From contig JAUPSS010000004.1 of the NCBI GenBank assembly GCA_040285825.1, forward strand, positions 3,871,585-3,935,584: DNA of 64,000 nucleotides, in the 5' to 3' direction. Shown in pieces: positions 58,101-64,000 of the stretch (positions are counted from its first letter, which is position 1; the number at the start of each line of letters is the position of its first letter). The translations under genes were made by a program, and so were the position numbers. The DNA is from Eukaryota sp. TZLM1-RC. Taxonomy: Eukaryota; Protista; Metamonada: BaSk clade. A model generated the notes under the pieces. It was not told the DNA's origin, searched no databases, and worked only from the letters and a program-made list of their open reading frames with translations.

Positions 58101-61100
58101 TTTTCAAATGATTTTGTATATATTTGAATTAATTGAGTGTATTAATTTTTAAACATTAAATTGTAAAAAAAGTAAAAAATCAAAAAGTATACAATTGAAT
58201 GTTGTAAACTAATAAAACAATTGCTGTAAGTGTAAGAGTATCGTTTTTGATACGATTTACTGAGGCTCATATGAAGTTCCTAGTTTCGTATATTGACCAA
58301 TGGTTGTTTATTACAATCATTGGTCAAATCTTTAAAGTCCATTTTGGGACAATTAATATAACAATTGTGGTGTTAAAGTCCTTGCTATGGTCATTTGAGT
58401 AGTCATTGGTTTGATTTGGTGAGTTGCATGTAGTCCTTATGTACTAGATGTGATCAACTTGTGATCAAACTTTGTGTGAAATTGTGTGTGAGTAATGTTG
58501 GCTATGTGTTACTTGATCAGTACAAACTCATGATTACATTTTCAAATGATTTTGTATATATTTGAATTAATTGAGTGTATTAATTTTTAAACATTAAATT
58601 GTAAAAAAGTAAAAAATCAAAAAGTATACAATTGAATGTTGTAAACTAATAAAACAATTGCTGTAAGTGTAAGAGTATCGTTTTTGATACGATTTACTGA
58701 GGCTCATATGAAGTTCCTAGTTTCGTATATTGACCAATGGTTGTTTATTACAATCATTGGTCAAATCTTTAAAGTCCATTTTGGGACAATTAATATAACA
58801 ATTGTGGTGTTAAAGTCCTTGCTATGGTCATTTGAGTAGTCATTGGTTTGATTTGGTGAGTTGCATGTAGTCCTTATGTACTAGATGTGATCAACTTGTG
58901 ATCAAACTTTGTGTGAAATTGTGTGTGAGTAATGTTGGCTATGTGTTACTTGATCAGTACAAACTCATGATTACATTTTCAAATGATTTTGTATATATTT
59001 GAATTAATTGAGTGTATTAATTTTTAAACATTAAATTGTAAAAAAGTAAAAATCAAAAGTATACAATTGAATGTTGTAAACTAATAAAAACAATTGCTGT
59101 AAGTGTAAGAGTATCGTTTTTGATACGATTTACTGAGGCTCATATGAAGTTCCTAGTTTTCGTATATTGACCAATGGTTGTTTATTACAATCATTGGTCA
59201 AATCTTTAAAGTCCATTTTGGGACAATTAATATAACAATTGTGGTGTTAAAGTCCTTGCTATGGTCATTTGAGTAGTCATTGGTTTGATTTGGTGAGTTG
59301 CATGTAGTCCTTATGTACTAGATGTGATCAACTTGTGATCAAACTTTGTGTGAAATTGTGTGTGAGTAATGTTGGCTATGTGTTACTTGATCAGTACAAA
59401 CTCATGATTACATTTTCAAATGATTTTTGTATATATTTGAATTAATTGAGTGTATTAATTTTTAAACATTAAATTGTAAAAAAAGTAAAAAATCAAAAAG
59501 TATACAATTGAATGTTGTAAACTAATAAAACAATTGCTGTAAGTGTAAGAGTATCGTTTTTGATACGATTTACTGAGGCTCATATGAAGTTCCTAGTTTC
59601 GTATATTGACCAATGGTTGTTTATTACAATCATTGGTCAAATCTTTAAAGTCCATTTTGGGACAATTAATATAACAATTGTGGTGTTAAAGTCCGTGCTA
59701 TGGTCATTTGAGTAGTCATTGGTTTGATTGGTTGAATGGTCATTGGTGTGATTTGGTGAGTTGCATGTAGTCTTTATGTACTAGATGTGATCAACTTGTG
59801 ATCAAACTTTGTGTGAAATTGTGTGTGAGTAATGTTGGCTATGTGTTACTTGATCAGTACAAACTCATGATTACATTTTCAAATGATTTTGTATATATTT
59901 GAATTAATTGAGTGTATTAATTTTTAAACATTAAATTGTAAAAAAAGTAAAAAATCAAAAAGTATACAATTGAATGTTGTAAACTAATAAAACAATTGCT
60001 GTAAGTGTAAGAGTATCGTTTTTGATACGATTTACTGAGGCTCATATGAAGTTCCTAGTTTCGTATATTGACCAATGGTTGTTTATTACAATCATTGGTC
60101 AAATCTTTAAAGTCCATTTTGGGACAATTAATATAACAATTGTGGTGTTAAAGTCCGTGCTATGGTCATTTGAGTAGTCATTGGTTTGATTGGTTGAATG
60201 GTCATTGTAGAGTTGCATGTAGTCCTTTATGTACTAGATGTGATCAACTTGTGATCAAACTTTGTGTGAAATTGTGTGTGAGTAATGTTGGCTATGTGTT
60301 ACTTGATCAGTACAAACTCATGATTACATTTTCAAATGATTTTGTATATATTTGAATTAATTGAGTGTATTAATTTTTAAACATTAAATTGTAAAAAAAG
60401 TAAAAAATCAAAAAGTATACAATTGAATGTTGTAAACTAATAAAACAATTGCTGTAAGTGTAAGAGTATCGTTTTTGATACGATTTACTGAGGCTCATAT
60501 GAAGTTCCTAGTTTCGTATATTGACCAATGGTTGTTTATTACAATCATTGGTCAAATCTTTAAAGTCCATTTTGGGACAATTAATATAACAATTGTGGTG
60601 TTAAAGTCCGTGCTATGGTCATTTGAGTAGTCATTGGTTTGATTGGTTGAATGGTCATTGGTGTGATTTGGTGAGTTGCATGTAGTCTTTATGTACTAGA
60701 TGTGATCAACTTGTGATCAAACTTTGTGTGAAATTGTGTGTGAGTAATGTTGGCTATGTGTTACTTGATCAGTACAAACTCATGATTACATTTTCAAATG
60801 ATTTTGTATATATTTGAATTAATTGAGTGTATTAATTTTTAAACATTAAATTGTAAAAAAAAGTAAAAAATCAAAAAGTATACAATTGAATGTTGTAAAC
60901 TAATAAAACAATTGCTGTAAGTGTAAGAGTATCGTTTTTGATACGATTTACTGAGGCTCATATGAAGTTCCTAGTTTCGTATATTGACCAATGGTTGTTT
61001 ATTACAATCATTGGTCAAATCTTTAAAGTCCATTTTGGGACAATTAATATAACAATTGTGGTGTTAAAGTCCGTGCTATGGTCATTTGATTAGTCATTGG

Positions 61101-62270
61101 TATGATTGGTTGAATGGTCATTGGTGTGATGAGGTGAGTTGCATGTAGTCTTTATGTACTAGATGTGATCAACTTGTGATCAAACTTTGTGTGAAATTGT
61201 GTGTGAGTAATGTTGGCTATGTGTTACTTGATCAGTACAAACTCATGATTACATTTTCAAATGATTTTGTATATATTTGAATTAATTGAGTGTATTAATT
61301 TTTAAACATTAAATTGTAAAAAAAGTAAAAATCAAAAGTATACAATTGAATGTTGTAAACTAATAAAACAATTGCTGTAAGTGTAAGAGTATCGTTTTTG
61401 ATACGATTTACTGAGGCTCATATGAAGTTCCTAGTTTCGTATATTGACCAATGGTTGTTTATTACAATCATTGGTCAAATCTTTAAAGTCCATTTTGGGA
61501 CAATTAATATAACAATTGTGGTGTTAAAGTCCGTGCTATGGTCATTTGAGTAGTCATTGGTATGATTGGTTGAATGGTCATTGGTGTGATTAGGTGAGTT
61601 GCATGTAGTCTTTATGTACTAGATGTGATCAACTTGTGATCAAACTTTGTGTGAAATTGTGTGTGAGTAATGTTGGCTATGTGTTACTTGATCAGTACAA
61701 ACTCATGATTACATTTTCAAATGATTTTGTATATATTTGAATTAATTGAGTGTATTAATTTTTAAACATTAAATTGTAAAAAAAGTAAAAAATCAAAAAG
61801 TATACAATTGAATGTTGTAAACTAATAAAACAATTGCTGTAAGTGTAAGAGTATCGTTTTTGATACGATTTACTGAGGCTCATATGAAGTTCCTAGTTTC
61901 GTATATTGACCAATGGTTGTTTATTACAATCATTGGTCAAATCTTTAAAGTCCATTTTGGGACAATTAATATAACAATTGTGGTGTTAAAGTCCGTGCTA
62001 TGGTCATTTGAGTAGTCATTGGTTTGATTGGTTGAATGGTCATTGGTGTGATTAGATGAGTTGCATGTAGTCTTTATGTACTAGATGTGATCAACTTGTG
62101 ATCAAACTTTGTGTGAAATTGTGTGAGTAATGTTGGCTATGTGTACTTGATCAGTACAAACTCATGATTACATTTTCAAATGATTTTGTATATATTTGAA
62201 TTAATTGAGTGTATTAATTTTTAAACATTAAATTGTAAAAAAAGTAAAAAATCAAAAAGTATACAATTGA
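52161..62270. repeat. Tandem array of ~23 units of ~425-475 bp (mode ~438 bp)
   Basis: Anchor gtccattttgggacaattaatataacaattgtggtg recurs about every 440 bp; units near-identical apart from a ~23-nt and an 11-nt internal duplication and homopolymer lengths. Confidence 0.98.
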
Positions 62271-64000
62271 TTCATAAATTCAACAAACACTTTTATTGCA
62301 AAATAAGTACGCGAAACAAGATGCTCTATTGATCAAAAATACTGCACCAAAAAAGCTAAAACAATTTGGCATAGTTTTCATTTGAAATCCCCATTTCTTA
62401 TTTGAAAAAAAGACTCCACACTTGACAATAAATCTTTGAATTGTAATATCCATATGAGTGTTTCAAAACGCTGTTGAATGTTATTGTGTTTTCAAACTTT
62501 CTGTAAAAACATGCTTATGCACAAGTGATACAAGGCAGGTTTGATACATGAAGAAATGATTTATGTATTCTGTTTCAATGGCAATCTTGAAAACAATAGT
62601 GTTGGCAGAAAAGATGATGTATGTACTGAAAAGAATACTGTCCAGGAAAACTTTATTACGAAAGAGTCTTCATCAAGAAGAAAGTACAACGGTGAAGACA
62701 TCAAGCCAATCCATGAACAATTGAGATCAAAAGAGTGATTGAGTCAAACGAAACACTTACAATAACCGATAGGTACAAGATTTACGGAATAGAAATCCAA
62801 AATGCGCTAGGCAAGGCTGCTGCACTAATGGCAATTGTGATGTCTACCCTTCTGCCCCCCAGAATCATGGCACTAAGAGTATAATGTGTTTGAAGTTACA
62901 GACGCATCCCAAAGTCGGAGTACGGAAATGAGAAAAACCACAGAAGGTTGCTCAGGTTGGAAGATCAGATTTTGGGTCTGGTTTCAAACTTCAGATTTTC
63001 CAATTTTGACATTGGAATTTTACCAACCCATAATGCAATTAATTTTGGTTTTGCTTTCCTGTTTTCTGCATGTGTTCGTATATGGCAACGGTAACGCTAA
63101 TTTCTGTACGATTATCATTCTTTTGATTAGATTAGTATTTCTTTCAAAATTTTGAGCTTTATGCATCATTGAAACCAATGTTCATGTCATTGATCTGATT
63201 TAAATTCCTTTGTTGATAATCCTTTTGCAACTGTTGCGACAATTTATACATGGTTATCTTGCCTTTGAAAAAATCGAAACGAATGGCGCAATTTACAGGA
63301 GAAGTTTTCAATTTATGAATAGCACCACTGGTTTTTTGATCACATTTTTGGTGTAAAAAACATTGTTGCGTGAACTTTTACATTGATAAAGAAAATTATT
63401 TTACTTTTGTTATTTGACAGAAACAAAAATAAATTCCAAAAAATTTACAGTTTCACTTTCATTTTGAATGTATTCTAGAAACAGATATCGTTTGTTTGAT
63501 TTGAATCAAAAGGTGATCGTTTGTATATGGCAACGGTAACGCTATTTTCTGCACGATTATCATTCTTTGATTAGGTCAGTATCTTTTCAAAATTTATGAG
63601 CTTTATACATCATTAAAACCAATGTTCATGTCATTCATTTGATTTGAATTCCTTTGTTGATAATCTTTTTACAACATTTGCGACAATTTATACATGGTTA
63701 TCTTGCCTTTGAAAAAATGGAAACGAATGGCGCATTTTACAAGAGAAGTTTTCAAGTTTATAAATACAGCATGTGTTCTTGATCACATTTTTGGTGTAGA
63801 AAAACATTGTTGCGTGAACTTTTACATTGATAAAGAAGTTTTTTCTTTTTATTAAACATAAATAAAAATAAGTTTAAAATTTCATAAATTCAACAAACAC
63901 TTTTATTGCAAAATCGGTACACGAAACTAGATGCTCTATTGATCAAAAATACTGCACCAAAAAGCTTAAAACAATTTGTCATGTAGTTTTCATTTGAAAT
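62271..64000. repeat. Second repeat block: ~1.61-kb periodicity containing two ~445-bp diverged tandem copies
   Basis: ttcataaattcaacaaacacttttattgcaaaat at 62271 and 63881; gtatatggcaacggtaacgcta at ~63078 and ~63523. Confidence 0.85.

Noticed and set aside
52161-62270. CRISPR-like array
   Set aside because: Units are ~440 bp and nearly identical throughout; there are no unique spacers and no cas genes.

Overview
This is an AT-rich, intron-poor eukaryotic genome segment from a flagellated protist: it carries IFT70/TTC30 and Rab28 and uses the standard code. The one visible intron is 31 nt with a fused branch point/acceptor, which suggests a metamonad-like host (inference). The left half (1-35 kb) has intact host genes: a double-SET protein, a 2036-aa LRR/multi-TM protein, acylphosphatase, IFT70, two WD40-like proteins, a Crinkler-like NTPase-REase and Rab28. 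These are interspersed with decayed mobile elements. The right half is a graveyard of CRE-like non-LTR, Ty3/gypsy, MULE and hAT fragments plus surface-protein relics, followed by a ~10.1 kb tandem array of ~23 x ~440-bp units containing a cluster of hairpins. The main hidden system is a roughly 610-codon Fanzor (eukaryotic TnpB-like RNA-guided nuclease) pseudogene on the minus strand (22084-18250). It is split by a 1986-bp CRE-like retrotransposon with an exact 12-bp target-site duplication and followed by a hairpin-rich candidate omegaRNA that sits in the IFT70 upstream region. All family assignments come from manual motif reading, not database searches; boundaries of decayed elements are approximate.
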